Below are positions 1 to 20,475 of a stretch of 64,000 nt of DNA, one piece after another (the first letter of the stretch is position 1; each line of letters starts with the position of its first letter). The stretch is from the human T2T-CHM13v2.0 reference genome, Homo sapiens. Where the stretch lies: the NCBI RefSeq assembly GCF_009914755.1, contig NC_060927.1, one strand, 5' to 3'. The notes under the pieces are model-generated. The model did no database searches, was not told the origin of the DNA, and saw only the letters and a program-made list of their open reading frames with translations. A program made the position numbers and the translations under genes.

Positions 1-180
1 TAAATATTCCAAGCTTGTGATAAGCCCCCTCGCCCTAAAACCAATATATATTCTTAGTCTGTAAAAGGAAACACTTCTTAACGAAATCGGCCAGGAGTGC
101 CTCTCAGGTTTTGTCTAAAATAAACCTGTCTTTAACTGCCAGCCGCGTTTTGTGTTTCTTTCCTTTCTTTAACTCTTACA
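1..180 (+). mobile_element. 5' LTR (3' part) of ERV1 provirus, probably LTR19-like
   Basis: Aligns by eye to 11972-12153 with about 21 substitutions and one 2-bp indel. It has AATAAA near 119-124, ends in CA at 180, and is followed by a PBS. Confidence 0.9.
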
Positions 181-182
181 TT

Positions 183-200
183 TGGTGCCCAAACCCGGGA
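183..200 (+). promoter_or_regulatory. Primer binding site for tRNA-Phe
   Basis: TGGTGCCCAAACCCGGGA is one mismatch from the tRNA-Phe complement TGGTGCCGAAACCCGGGA and lies directly after the LTR. Confidence 0.88.
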
Positions 201-676
201 TGAGTGCTGGGGGCAGAGGCTCTCTTGCAACCCAGGAAGCAGTGGGCAACAGCAGCTCATCTTGAGTTAATTCCTGGATCCTGAGGGTCTCTGGCCACAT
301 GCCCCATCTTTTCTCTCACTTCACTTTTCCCTCATCCTCCCTTTTTTTTTCTTCCTCTCTCTCTCTCCCTCGTGCGGCTGCAGTCCAGGAGGCCCTTTGC
401 CAAATCCAACCGGAACATCCAACATTGGACACTAATCCAGCCAACTGGTAAGATCTGCCGTCCCCTGGCTTTCTTGCAGTACCCAGGAAAAGTCAGGTCA
501 GCCATCCCGGTCCTCAGAGGACCAGCAGGACTAAGCTAGAGGAAATCTTGGGGATGCCCAGTTTCTTCTCAGCTTGATGACTGTCCTCTTCAGAAAGACG
601 ATTCCGGACTTCTGTCTTTTGTCTGGGGATGCCTAGAACAAAAACAGACACCCTCGGCTTCTTCTCACCAGTCCAC

Positions 677-1282
677 ATGGGTGCCAAACAATTCCACATT
701 CCTACGGTCTCTCCACTGTGCTGTCTCCTTCATGACCTCGCCAAAGTTGGCTTAAGTGTTTAGTCTTTTACTGTAACACAGCCTGGCCCCAAAACACATT
801 AGATAATGGCAGCCCATGGTCCGAAAATGGCATCTTTAACTTGCAAATTCTCAGGAACTTCACAACTTTATGACCAGGAATGGCAAATGGCAAGAGGTTC
901 TCTATATTCAGGCCTTCTTCTACTTCTACCTTAAATCCCAACCCTACCTGTGTCAAGCTTGTACCTCTTATAAAATCTTTCTTCTTATTAAAAACCCTCT
1001 CCGGGTCTCTCCTTCCTCCGAAACTCCTTTTGACCCTGCAGATGAACCCTCTCTGTATTCTTATCCCCCTGCATCTGCTCCTAGCCTGTCCAAACCCTCC
1101 ACCCTGGTGGCCCTACCTGCCTCCAAGCCTTCAGCCCCAAACCCCACTCCTCCTCCTCCTCCACCTGTTACCCATTCAAAAACCACCTCTGCCATTCTCC
1201 CTCTCTGGGAAGTGGCTGGAGTTAAAGGCACTGCTCATGTTCATGTCTCTTTCTCCATGTCTGACTTGTCACAGATCAAAAC
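677..1282 (+). pseudogene. Degenerate gammaretroviral gag (MA, proline-rich region, start of CA)
   Basis: Starts ATG GGT (MGAKQ) at 677. ORF 870-1310 has GKWQEVLYIQAFFY, a poly-Pro stretch and PLWEVAGVKGTAHVHVSFSMSDLSQIK (CA N-terminus), then coding character stops abruptly. Confidence 0.85.
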
Positions 1283-2031
1283 TATGAGTATATTCAAAAG
1301 GTCTTTATAGTTTTCTCTTCATCAATCTTATTTTCCTGGAAAAGGTTTTCCCCCAGTTAACTCAATTACTTTTCTTCACTGTGTCTTGCAACTCTTGGTG
1401 CATATGTAAAAAACCCTAAAATGACTTCTGGTGCCCTGGGATTCCTTTGGAAAAGAGAAAAGGCACCACAAATCCCATTTTGGGGAAAAATCTGTTTTCC
1501 TTATGGAAACCGTGGAATTAGAGGTAAATAAGTACCTCTCAAAATCTTTGTATTTGTCTTCCAGCTATACCTGTTTATTAGACCCTGGAAACTGTTTTCC
1601 TAGTCCTGTTCTTCAAGGGCCTCACCTGAAGGTCAATAATCCAATTGGGAAATTAGCAGAGAGAAAAAAAAAACGTTATAGCTACTGAATCTTCTTCTGG
1701 TTGTCTGTGTGGCTATATATGTGTTGTCTGTGCAATGTCTATTAAAAGAGCTCTAATTAATTGGCCTAAGAAAACTAAGCACTTAAATCAAATATTTTTA
1801 AGGGAAAAGTAAAAGCTGTGGGACCTTTCAGTTCACGTGACCTTAATCTTTAAATCTTACTGGTACACTAAAGTTAGAAGTATCTTAAAAGTTGCCAGCA
1901 TACCTTTTTGTTTGCATTTGTTAATCAGGCAAATTCATACTTTTCTCGGCCAAATACTGTAAGGTGTCAACATTTTGCATAGAGGCTGCAAAACTAACTC
2001 AGCCCAAACAAAATCATCTTTGCTTGTGTCA

Positions 2032-2326
2032 TTTTTTTTTTTAAGACAGAGTTTCGCTCTTGTTGCCCAGGCTGAAGTACAATAGCACAATCTCAGCTCA
2101 CCACAACCTCTGCCTCATGGGTTCAAGCCATTCTCCTGCCTCTGCCTCCCAAGTAGCTGGGATTACAGGCATGTGCCACCACGCCCGGGGAATTTTTTGT
2201 ATTTTTAGTAGAGATGGGGTTTCTCCAAGTTGGTCAGGCTAGTCTCAAACTCCCAACCTCAGGTAACCCACCCGTCTTGGCCTCCCAAAGTGCTGGCATT
2301 ACAGGCGTGAGACACCGCACCCAGCC
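2032..2326 (-). mobile_element. Alu (AluS, Sp/Sq-like) inside the ERV
   Basis: Full reverse Alu with a T-tail and TSD ttgtgt(c/a)atttttt. Confidence 0.93.
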
Positions 2327-2901
2327 TTGTGTAATTTTTTAATAAATGAAATATTAATATTGGTTTAATGAAGATAGCTGTATCTTAAACTATTTAGTAA
2401 AATATCTTAGCTTCTAATCTTGTGGCTTAGGCAGTCTAGTCCACAAACATGAAGGAAGTTTGCTTTGGGAAAGAATGGTTATCATCTGTGACATTAAAGA
2501 AAGGAGAAGTTATGGAAAAAGAATCTTATATGGTAAATTCTTGTCCTAAGTTAACTGGTTGTTTAAAGAAAGAGATGTTTACAAGTCAGAAAGTTGAGGC
2601 ATGTCAAGGATTGTCTGTGAAAGTCATGAAAAATGTTATAAAAGGGAATTTATACAAGAAATGTTGTATAATTTAAAAGTAATTAGGCCTCCTGAATGCT
2701 TTATAAAATGTCACTGTAACTCTTAGCTGGACAACTGGCCTGCTTTGCAGCTAGGTAAAACCTACGACACGTGGAGTTAAATGCTAGAACATTTAACTGC
2801 ACTTCTTTCTAGGTCCTGGGCTCTACACCTAGCACATAATTAAAATCCCAAACTTACAAGGTTTTCAACAAAAGTAAAGTTTACTAAAAGTTAACAGCGT
2901 A

Positions 2902-9002
<6,101 letters not shown>

Positions 9003-10879
9003 AAAAGTTAATGGTGTAACATGTATTTAAAGCTATTGAAAAAACAGTTTATATGCAAGGTGTGTAAGGAAAGTAAAATATACTTTTCGTAAAAGGATTA
9101 TAAGGAGGCATAAGAATGTGGATTTTTACCTACATTAAAAAGTTAAAAAATTGTTTTGAAGGTTTAAGCAAGTTTTGAAACGTTAATTATAAAGGAAATT
9201 CTGTGTGTAAACATATTGGTAAAGTTAAAGGGGTATCATCCAGTTTTTCTGTAAATTGGGCATTAAAACAAAAGCACAATGGGTTTTTCTTAAAGCACTA
9301 ACCTGTTCTTTAACAAAACTTATAAAGCATTAAAAAAAGTCTATAAAAATCTTACCTTATGGTCAGATATTAAAATTGGATAAATATGCCTACAAGGTCT
9401 TATTAAAATTGAGTTTAACATTAATAGCACACTAATAGAAAGGTGAAATTTAGCTTATCTGGTATAAAATCATACAAGAAGCATTGTCAAATATAAAACG
9501 GTATTTGGCTTTCTTTGGTCTATATTTGTATGTTACTCATATGTGTTCCAAAGTTATGGAAGACTCCTATAATTCTGATATATATTAGTGTACATTTTCA
9601 GTAATAATTACAATCGTTATGTTAAAATTATTGTGTGTCATCCTTGTCAATTGTGTCTTTATGGCTACCCTAAAACTTTTTGTCATCCATAAACAATTGT
9701 TGCCTTGTTTTGGTCCTCTTTAAAAGGTGGTTTTATAATCAGCTATAAAGCTCTAACAGGTGCTCTTAAATGCAGGTTTCTGATAACACTGGAGACTGTA
9801 ACATCAGAATAGAGGAAAAACGTTCAGGACTTTTGAAGAGATAAAATGTTAATATTGAGCATGACAGGAATTAATTCCATGAACTAAACTAACAGGAGAC
9901 CAATCTTTTTAATGTTTTAACATATTGCTAATCCTTTGTTTTGCTTTTCAAAGTCAAAGAAATTTTTCTTTTGAGCTATTAACAGCTTTTAACAATTTAC
10001 TATACTACCATGAACAAAATTTGGAACATACTTGTTTCTCTCTACCTGATTTTCTCCATAATTTTGAAACTATCTGTGAGTATTCTTAAGTTACAGTACT
10101 TGCATAAGTGCACTAAAAATCTGTTTTCTTTTGTAACAGGACAGAATTGGAAAAACTGGTTATTTTTACAAAGGCTTTAACTGGAATAATATGCTTTCCT
10201 TTAAGGAACCATACTTACAAAGGCAAAAATGCCCTTGGAAAACTGGCCTCATATTTTGTGTACACAGTCCCTGTACAGGGTTTCTGGTCTATGGTAAGTA
10301 AAGAATGTCACTTTCTAGCAGACCAGGAATACCAAGTTATCTTGGGACCTCAAGAGGAAAGAAATTCACCAACTCATAGATATTTGATAGTACAAATCCA
10401 GGGCTGGGCTTGGCTAAAACGGTTTTCTCTCAGATTCCTTCTACAGAACAAAGTTCCATCAAAGCCAATTTAAAAGGCCTATGTAACAAATAATTATTCT
10501 TGCTGCACTGTATGCAAATAATTAAGCCAAGTATAATAAAGCAAACCATTCCTACCATGATTTGTCTTTTAATAAAAATGGGAAACTGGAAAAAGAAAAT
10601 TATATTTAAAAAACCATAGCACACCTGTTGTTAAATTCTAGTGTTGCCTAACATTTTTCAGTTTTTATTATTTTCTACTGCTTAAATTAAATTCTAATTT
10701 TTCTGGCTACAAGTTTCCAAAATAAGTCGGGCTTTCTTAAAGCCCTATAAACTGAAAACTAGATGTTTCAGCAGACGCTGCCTCTAAGCTCCCCGACCAT
10801 CACAGAAGGAAATCTCTTCACTGCTGGTGCTGACAACTAATAACTGAGGGTGCCCAGAATCCTTCACCCCCATGTCTAG

Positions 10880-11625
10880 TGAATCCACGGAACCCAGGGT
10901 AATTAAAATGGTACCTGTTACAGGAATCAACTCCTAAATACATCACACTCAAGTCAAAGCCTGGAAAGCTAAGGAAGCAACCCCTGACAGCCCCCAAAAG
11001 TCATAAATATCAATGTAAAGAAATAAGAAATCTTGCTAGGTGAAGTAGCTCACGCCTGTAATCCCAGCATTTTGGGAGGCTGAGGCACATGTATCACCTG
11101 AAGCCAGGAGTTCAAGACCACCCTGACCAACAAGGTGAAACCCCATCTCTACTTAAAAAATACAAAAATTAGCCGGGCGTACAGGCAGGCGCCTGTAGTC
11201 CCAAGCTACTCGGGGGCTGAGACAGGAGAACTGCTTGAACCTGGGAGTTGGAGGTTGCATTGAGCTGAGATTGCGCCACTGTACTCCAGTCTGGGTGACG
11301 GAGCAAGAGTCTGACTCCAAAAAAAAAAAAAAGGAAATAAAAAGCTAAGGAAATATCTAAACAACCAAACAGATTCTTGGTTTGGAAACAAAATCATAGC
11401 ATGTGTCATCCCATTCCTGAGCCCCCTTCTAATAATATGCCTGGGACTAATGTTCTTACCCTGCCCAATTAACCTTTTTCAAAGATTTTTATCTGACAGG
11501 ATCATGGCCATTTCACAGACAACTACCCAAAAACATCTACAGATGTCATTGCTCCTACAGTCAACCTGAGACCAGAAAACTCTCCATCCCCTAGTCAGCA
11601 GGAAGTAGCCAGAAGAACACGCCGT
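10880..11625 (+). pseudogene. Integrase C-terminal and env transmembrane remnants of the ERV
   Basis: About 10917-10970 reads VTGINS*IHHTQVKAWK. About 11375-11505 reads SWFGNKIIACVIPFLSPLLIICLGLMFLPCPINLFQRFLSDRI. CAGCAGGAAGTAGCCAGA (QQEVAR) occurs near 11597. Confidence 0.75.
11035..11332 (+). mobile_element. Alu (AluS) inside the ERV
   Basis: Two-arm Alu with a poly(A) tail. Confidence 0.92.
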
Positions 11626-11651
11626 CCCTCCTCAAATTATAGGGTCTGGAT

Positions 11652-12153
11652 TGACAGAGTAGGAGCATCGCCATCTTGGACAAGCCCCTCATTCTAAAAT
11701 TCACCTTAATAAAAAACTGCCTAAATTCAAAGGGCATCAGCCTAATGGCTAAGGTCAGCATGACCATAAACCACAAATAACATCTCCAACCAGAAACATT
11801 CCAAACTCCTCCCTGACCAGAGACATGCTAGCCCCGAAATAAACCCCGCTCCAGTTGGAAAGATGCTAGCCCCGAGATAACACCCCTCCTGGCCGGAAAG
11901 ATGTCTGCCCCAAGATAACCTCCCCTCCTCCCAGAGAGATTCTAACCCCACCATAAACTTCTCCACACACATAAACATTCCAATCTTGTGATAAGCCCCC
12001 TCACCCTAAAACCAATATATACTCTTAGTCTGTAAGAGAAAGCGCTCCTGATCAAAATCAGCCAGGAGCACCTCTCAGGTTTTGTCTAAAGTGAACTTGT
12101 CTTTAACTGCCAGCCACATTTCGTGTTTCTTTCCTCTTTCTTTAACTCTTACA
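11652..12153 (+). mobile_element. 3' LTR (about 502 bp), probably LTR19-like
   Basis: Has TG...CA termini, begins TGACAGAGTAGGAGCATCGCCATCTTGG, and its 3' 182 bp match 1-180. The family name is recalled, not computed. Confidence 0.9.
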
Positions 12154-12319
12154 ATAGATATGCTCAAGCTTTCAAAATTATTAAGTAAGACCAAAATCTT
12201 CCTCTGGCACTGTCTCCAGAATATATTCAGAGAATACTCATATCCTTAAGGATCAAAAACAGACATCATCTTTCCTCATTCTCCAAAATGCTATAAAAGC
12301 AGGTATTAAAATGGTATTA

Positions 12320-12626
<307 letters not shown>

Positions 12627-15562
12627 TTAAAAGTAGACTATGCTCTCCATTCACAACCTAACAATAGTGATACCTCACATCCCTATCCCTCTATATCCCA
12701 ATTACAGAACAAGTGAAACTAGGCAGGAGACTTGAAACCTATGACTCACTTCAAAGGAGAAATGAATAGTAAATGAAGCCAAGATCACTAATAAACATGC
12801 AACTTACTGATTTTCAAGTTGGAACAGTCAGCCTCAACAAACCATAAGGAGGTTTGGGATTGACTGATGTTCTCCCTGTTACAACAGTACAGGTCTCCTA
12901 CATTAATTAGGTACCTACCCAATCTTTATCCCCACAACACAAATATTTCCTATCACAAGCACTTCCAAACTGCCCAAGTTAAGATAGTTTAAGTACTCTG
13001 TCACAGTATGATGGACAACAGTGGGAAAAAAATAAAATACCACTGAAATGAAGATTATACCAGAAATTCTTTTAAAAAGCCCAGTGTCTTAGGTACAGTT
13101 TATGTGACTCCTGGCACACAGGGATAATTATTCTTGGTTTTCTTTTTATCTTTGACCATTATCTCTCATCTTTACTATTCACCAAAAAAAAAAAAAAAAA
13201 AAAAGCCTCTCACTGCCATTAGGAGATTTCGCAGGTTGGTTTATTTAATTGAACAAGGAGAAGATCCTATTTCAACCTTCTGCTGGAAACACCTAATAAT
13301 TTAAGGCAATCCCAAACAGCAGCTATGTAAATCACAGATTTTAAAACTACAGACTTTTAAGTTGTCAGAGAAATTCCTATTTTATGATAATCAAGAGAAA
13401 CAAATAGGTCAATATATCAAATTTTATTTTTTGGCCACAACAAAGAATACTTAAATTCCACAAAGGAAGGGTGATACAAGGAAAAAAACCGAGCTTGGTA
13501 TAAAGCAGTCCATCACTTTTTAACATGTAGAATAAAAAACAAGAAAAACTATACAATAGCAACAAAAACAATAAAATACTTAAGAATAAACTTAAGAAAT
13601 TTCTAAAGCCTGACTAAGCCAAAACTTCTGAAAGACATAAAAGTAGATTTGAACAAATGGAAAAATATTTCTTATTCCTGGCTAAGATAATTCAAGCTCA
13701 CAAATATATCAGTTCTTCCTATATTAATTTATAAATAAAATCCCAATTTAAAAGATCAACACTTTTTTTATAAAGTTAGATAAACTGATGCCAAAGTTCA
13801 TATAGAAAAATAAACATGTAAAAATAGGTAGGAAAACACCAAAAAGAAAAGCTACAAGGGCATATTAACCCTATCAGACATTAAAACATACTATAAAGTC
13901 TCTATAATCAAAACGGTATAGTAGTGACACATGAATATGCAAACAGCTTAGTGGAATAAAATGGAAAGTCCAGAAATAGAGCCAAGTACATGTAGAAATT
14001 TAGCATATAATAACAGTAACATCTCAAATAACTGGAACAAAGATAGTCTTCTACTAAATTGTACCCAGACAAGTAGTTAATGATTTAGAAAAGATAAAAT
14101 TAGATCAATAATTCATACCATAATAGGAATAAACTCCAAATGGATCAGGGATCTAAATGCAAAAACTGAACCCTGATAACTACTAGAGGAAAATATAGAT
14201 GACTTCCTCTTTAACCTGAGGATAGCTGGAAAGCTTTATAACCATAACACAAAATCCAGATAAAAGAGCAATAAATTCAACTGCATAGAGGGAAGGAAGG
14301 ACTCTTACATATCAGAAAAAAAAAACTACCATACACAAAGTAAAAATTACACATATCACACCTAATATAAATTCCATAATAAAGTACTCTTCAGGGTTGA
14401 TTGGGAAAAATCAAAATCACATTTTTAAAATGGACCAAAAAAAGGACAATTCATACAGACTCACAAAAACAAATAAAATGGACCTTGAATACATGAAAAG
14501 ATGTTAAAGTGTACTCAAAATAGGAAGATTGTAAATTAAAACTATAATGAGATACCATTTCTCACCTATGAGATTAGCAAAAATTTAAAAAGTAAGGCAA
14601 CTTTTATAGCCAAAACTATGGACCAACAGGCACTCATACTTAACTAGAGAGAATGCAAATTGGTATAACCTTTATGGAGGGGCATTTAGCAGCTGTAAAA
14701 AGGATGAAAAAAAAAAAAATCTCTGAACTGATATGCAATGATTGCCAGGAAATATAGCTTAAAGAAAAAGCAAAGTACAAAAGAGTGTCTCCAATATGCT
14801 ACCTCCTGTGTAAGGAAGAAAAAAAAAAAAAGAAAATGCACAAACGAGCAGGTATGTGTAAAACAAAACTGAGGAAAAGTAAGCCAGAACATAATGAGGT
14901 TGGCCATCTACAGGGAGTGAGTGGAAATAAAATAGAAAGAATCGAAAAGAAATGACACTAGATTTCTGACTTTTGGAACCATGTTAGTGTTTCACAGAAT
15001 GAAAACATAAATAATTTTTTTAATCAAAAAGAAAGGGGGTGAAGTTCTAAGAAGCGATACATACAGAAACAGATGAACCTAACTACTTCAAATTAATAGT
15101 CTATGCTACAGGAAAAAATTAAAATTAAAAAAAAAGAAAAACCCAAATACTTTTTGAATATAATATAAAATCCATATGCCTTTCAAGCTAAAGATAAAAA
15201 ACATAAACAGTGAACTCTTAGTAAGTCCAACTCTGCCCCCAGGGATATGAGTTAGCAGCTCTGAAACTAGCTTGTAAATTCTAGGATTGAGCAAATAAGT
15301 AAATATATTGTGGATAACAGCAGCTAGGTTTTCTCAGTTCAGAAAGAGGAGTTACAAATATAGAAATAAAGAAGGCTAGAGTGAACTCTGTGATGTTGCT
15401 CTGCAATTAAAAGTATTAATTTTTAATAGAAAGAAATACAGAAAAAAACGTGTGAATATGCTTGCACACATGTGCACACACATACACCTATTCTCTAGTT
15501 CTACTGGCTAAGGGGATCTAGATCCAGCTTGAAAGGGCTTTCGCTGACCAAATCTGAAGCAA

Positions 15563-15834
15563 TTTTTTTTGAGACAGAGTCTTGCTCTGTCACCCAGGCT
15601 GGAGTGCAGTGATGCAATCTCAGCTCACTGCAAGCTCCACCTCCTGGGCCATTCTCTTGCCTCAGCCTCCCTTACAGGCACCCGCCACCATGCCCAGCTA
15701 TTTTTTTCTATTTTTTAGTAGAGACGGGGTTTCACCATGTTAGCCAGGATGGTCTCAATCTCCTGACCTCGTGATCCGCCCGCCTCGGCCGCCCTAAGTG
15801 CTGGGATTACAGGTGTGAGCCACTGCACCTGGCC
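15563..15834 (-). mobile_element. Alu (AluY-like) with small internal deletions
   Basis: Carries the GCAAGCTCC and TTAGCCAGGATGG diagnostics, with TSD tgaagcaat. Confidence 0.9.
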
Positions 15835-15887
15835 TGAAGCAATCTGAGTATCAAAATAAATGACCAAAGATTATAACCCATTTAATA

Positions 15888-15970
15888 AAATGAGAGTCAA
15901 TGAGTCCATATGATATATACAATTAAATGAGAGTCAATGAGTCCGTATGATATATAAAATTAAATGAGAG
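15888..15970. repeat. 37-bp tandem duplication (2.2 copies)
   Basis: aaatgagagtcaatgagtcc(a/g)tatgatatata(c/a)aatt occurs at 15888 and 15925, with a partial copy at 15962. Confidence 0.9.
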
Positions 15971-16722
15971 AAGGGAAAAGCTTTCCTCATAATCCTTAGA
16001 GTAGAATCTAATTAATAAAGAAAAAAAGAATTAGAAAATCACCATTTGTAGCCATTATTATAATAATTGATTCTAACAAAAACTCATTAATGCATACTAA
16101 AACTAGTTGGTAAAAGCTGGATGAGAAAAAGGTTATTTATGTAGTCTAAAAGTATTTTCCTACATATTCCTTATAATTATGAAGAGAAAAACCGTAATTC
16201 TACAGTAAAGAAACCTAGCAAACACTACCCTAAGTGATAGAAGTGAATATCATCATTAACTAGACAGACATCATGGGTCTCCTGATATAATGCATTAAGA
16301 AGAAAAAAATCATTTCAATGACATTCTTTCCAAAAATGAATATGCTGAACCTAATTATGAAGAAACATTACACAAACCCAAATAGCTGTCCTATACTGTT
16401 CAAAAACATGAATGTCATGAAAGACAATAAGTGAGGAACTCTTCCTGGTATAGAAGACTAGAGATATCACAACTAAACACATGACCCAGGATTTTCTTGT
16501 GCCACAATGGACATTTTTGGAACAACTGGAGATATTTCAATAAAGCCTGCATATTAGATAATAGTATTGTATAATTGTTAATTTCTTGATTTTTTTATAA
16601 TTATTATGTGGTTACATAAGCGAATGTCTTTTGAGTTTGGGAAACAGACACTGAATAATTTAGGGATAAAAGAGCCTCATACTTAAAAGTTGCACTCAAA
16701 CATTTCAGGAAATAATATGTGT

Positions 16723-17020
16723 AGCCTGGCACACACGTCTATAATCCCAGTACTTTAGAAGGCCAAGGCAGGAGGATCACTTAAGCCCAGGAGTTTGAGA
16801 CCAGCCTGGGCAAAACAGGGAGACACTGTCTCTACAAAAAAAAAAAAAAAAATTAAAAACTAGCCAGGTGTGGTGGCGCACACCTATGGTTATCTACTTG
16901 GGAGGCTGAGGTAGGAGAATCGCTAAAGCCTAGGAGTTGAAGGCTGCAGTAGCCGTGACTTTACCACCGCTCTCCAGCCTGGGTTATACGGCAAGATCTC
17001 ACCTGAAAAAAATAAAAATA
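16723..17020 (+). mobile_element. Alu (AluJ-like)
   Basis: Diverged two-arm Alu flanked by aaataatat(g/a)t. Confidence 0.88.
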
Positions 17021-17133
17021 ATATATATAGAGAGGAAGAAACTGCAAAAGTGAGTGTGATAAATATTAATATTTGGAAATCTGGATAAAAGGTTTAAGGA
17101 AGTTCTTTACAGTAATGGCAATGTTAAGCCTGA

Positions 17134-17710
<577 letters not shown>

Positions 17711-18960
17711 TAAGCCTGAAATTATATCAAAATAAAAAGTAGCAAAAATCAAATGATTTATGTATATGAAACTAATTTTTAAACTACAAAATGCTATGTG
17801 TGCACATTATTACTTTCAAACCGCTCATTAGACAAAACTCTGTATTTATTAAATTAATTGGTGAAATACCCACACAATCCTAGCATAGGCTAAGTTGCAA
17901 GTTTCAAGTGTTTGTTATTCTTAAACCACTGTCTGTACATCTTCTCCATCAAAACATGAAAAAAGGACAAAAATCATAATAAAACATTAGATCTACTATT
18001 TTGTTACCTAAGCAATAGATCCCCACTTTCTCTGTCAATAAGTACATATAAAAACCATAGTATCTAATACACAATTTCTTGCAAGCCAAGGCTTTGGGTG
18101 CTCTCTTGCTTTATTATTTTATTTTCCTGACTCACATCCTTTTATTTTCAGCCAGGTTACTTGTTCCTCTCTGTAATACATGAAAAGTATTCAAATTCCC
18201 AGTGAGGACAATCAGAAGTATTACTGTGTTTTACCCTATGCTACCCAATATAAATAGTTTTATTTAGTGTTTTTTTTTTTAATAAAAAAAGAAAGGGTCT
18301 CACTGTTTATTAATAGTTTTATTTAAATGTTTGTTTTCAGAGTTCTACAGTTCATTTACATAGGGACATATTTTCAATCTTTAATCAAAGTATTTGACAT
18401 ATTCTTTCTTTAGAACCTTCTTAAAAAGGAATAGTGATGAAAGATACAATGATTAGAAGAAAGGTAGAACAGCTGGTTCCTTGAAAAGAGATGATAACTA
18501 AAGCAAAGCTATATAGCAAGTCTGACTGAGAAAAACAAAAAATAAAAGAAAGCACTAATACATAAAATACCTCCAAAAAAAATCACAATGTTAAAACACC
18601 TGGAGCAAACAGGATTATTAGAAAGCAAAACCGACTGAATATTATCATGTTTATATATTACATTTAGATCATAGGGAAAAAAACCATAAACCCTATATGA
18701 AAATCAGTGTCTAATCATAATAAAAACTGTTCATCTAACAACAGAAAACAAAACAACAAAAACACTCTAGTTCACCAGTAACATTTTAAACTCAGGTTTC
18801 TAGGTAAGCTAGAAAATTATAATGAACATGTAATAATATTTAGAAAAGCAACATAGTAAAGTACCCTACTAAAGGGCCTCAGCACATTAAATGCATCTAG
18901 AAGATGCCCAAGTTCAAAACCAACGGAGGAGGCAGTGTTCAAATGCCTAAAACAAGACAT

Positions 18961-19058
18961 ATTTACATGGAGGAAGACTTGCATTTACATGGAAGATGTA
19001 TTTACATGGAGGAAGACTTGCATTTACATGGAAGATGTATTTACATGGAGGAAGACTC
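18961..19058. repeat. 39-bp minisatellite (2.5 perfect copies)
   Basis: atttacatggaggaagacttgcatttacatggaagatgt occurs at 18961 and 19000, with a partial copy at 19039. Confidence 0.95.
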
Positions 19059-19823
19059 CCATTCCCAAGAGCAACAGAAAAATTACTACACATATCTAGA
19101 TTAAAAAAGTAAGAAAAGTTTAAAACGTACATAACTATAAAGTTTTATATCAAAAATGGATTAAATGCTGAGAATTATCACATTTCTGGATGGGAAGGCT
19201 GAATATTGTAAATCTGCACATTCTGCCCAACTAATCTGCAAATTTTACACAATTTTAATCAAATCTAAAGTTTGTTTTTGTTTTGTTGGGGTTGCAGGAG
19301 AAACATCACAGGCTGATGATATTTGATACACAGATTTTTTTAAGAGAAAAAACAAGGAACACTCAAAATATGCTGTTAGTTCTCATCATCAGAGAAGTGT
19401 TACATAAGCCAAAATGGACAAATCAGCGGAAAAGAAAAGGAAACCCAGAAGAAAATCCAATGTATATATGGTAACATAATACATGGTTTTTAAAATGGCA
19501 TTTGCCCACCAGTGGGAAAAGGATAAACTTTATAAAAATGGTTTCTGAGACAATGACCTACTACTTGGGGAAAGGTTAAGTTATATTACTACTTTACACT
19601 ACATCCCAAAATATAACCCCAGAAAAATTAAAGAAATATGTGAAAATAAAATTCCTAGAGAAAACGACATTATTTATAAGCAAGATAGAACAGGCCCTTT
19701 CTCAGCATTATACCAAAGCCCAAATCAACAATATCTGAAAAGCAAAAGATATCACAAGCAAAGTCAACACAAACTGAAATTATTTTTTCTCACTTTGAGA
19801 TGATGACAGATGGTTCATATTAT

Positions 19824-20245
19824 TGTGGAGGCAGCTTCTAGGATGGCCCTAAATGATACCTGCCTCCTGGTATTCACACCCTTGTTTAATCAACTCACCA
19901 ATATTAGGTTAGAAAAACAACTGTGGTTTCTGTCTTGGGCTTACTGTTTTTCCAGTGGCTCCCTTGCCATGTAGGAAGCTAACTGGTAAGACCTCAGAAA
20001 GCCCAGTGAACAGGCCCATGTGGCAAGGGACCAAAGTCTGCCAACAATCACATAGTACACTTGGGGACAGATATTTCCTCCTTCAGACAAACCTTCAGAT
20101 GAGACTGCAGCTCCAGCTGATGCCTGGATTCAGTCTGGTGAGAGGCCCTGGGCCAGAGGTTCCTAGCTAAGCCATGCCTGAATTTCCAACGCACAGAAGC
20201 ACTGAGATAATAAAATCTTTGTTGCTCTACAAGATTACATTTTAA
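19824..20245 (+). mobile_element. MaLR LTR (MLT1G/H-like)
   Basis: Begins tgtggaggcagcttctaggatggccct...cctcctggtattcacaccc and ends with the MLT1-type ctaagccatgcctgaatt...tgagataataaa. Confidence 0.7.
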
Positions 20246-20343
20246 ATGGGTTTTAACAAATGAGTAAGGAAGACACACACTCTAAAAGGGGTAAAAAGGG
20301 TCACAACATGTAAAATGGTGTTGTAAATTAAAATAATTTTTCA

Positions 20344-20475
20344 GGGCCAGGCATGATGATTCAGACCATAATCCCACCACTTTAGGAAGCCAAGAGGGAG
20401 AACCAGTTTAGGCCAGGAGCTCAAGACCAACCTGGGCCATGTAGTGAGATGCGTCTCTACAAAAAATTTAAAACA
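20344..20475 (+). mobile_element. Alu monomer (FLAM-like)
   Basis: Single diverged left-arm Alu with an A-rich tail. Confidence 0.8.

Larger units (their letters stand above)
13380..17130 (+). mobile_element. Old L1M (L1MC-like) 3' region, fragmented by Alus
   Basis: A-rich degenerate ORF2 3' end and 3'UTR motifs, such as atgagataccatttctcaccta and cctgcatattagataatagtattgta. Boundaries are approximate. Confidence 0.7.

Noticed and set aside
18904-19132. ORFs with repeated peptides (IYMEEDLHLHGRC)
   Set aside because: Artefact of a 39-bp repeat whose length is a multiple of 3.
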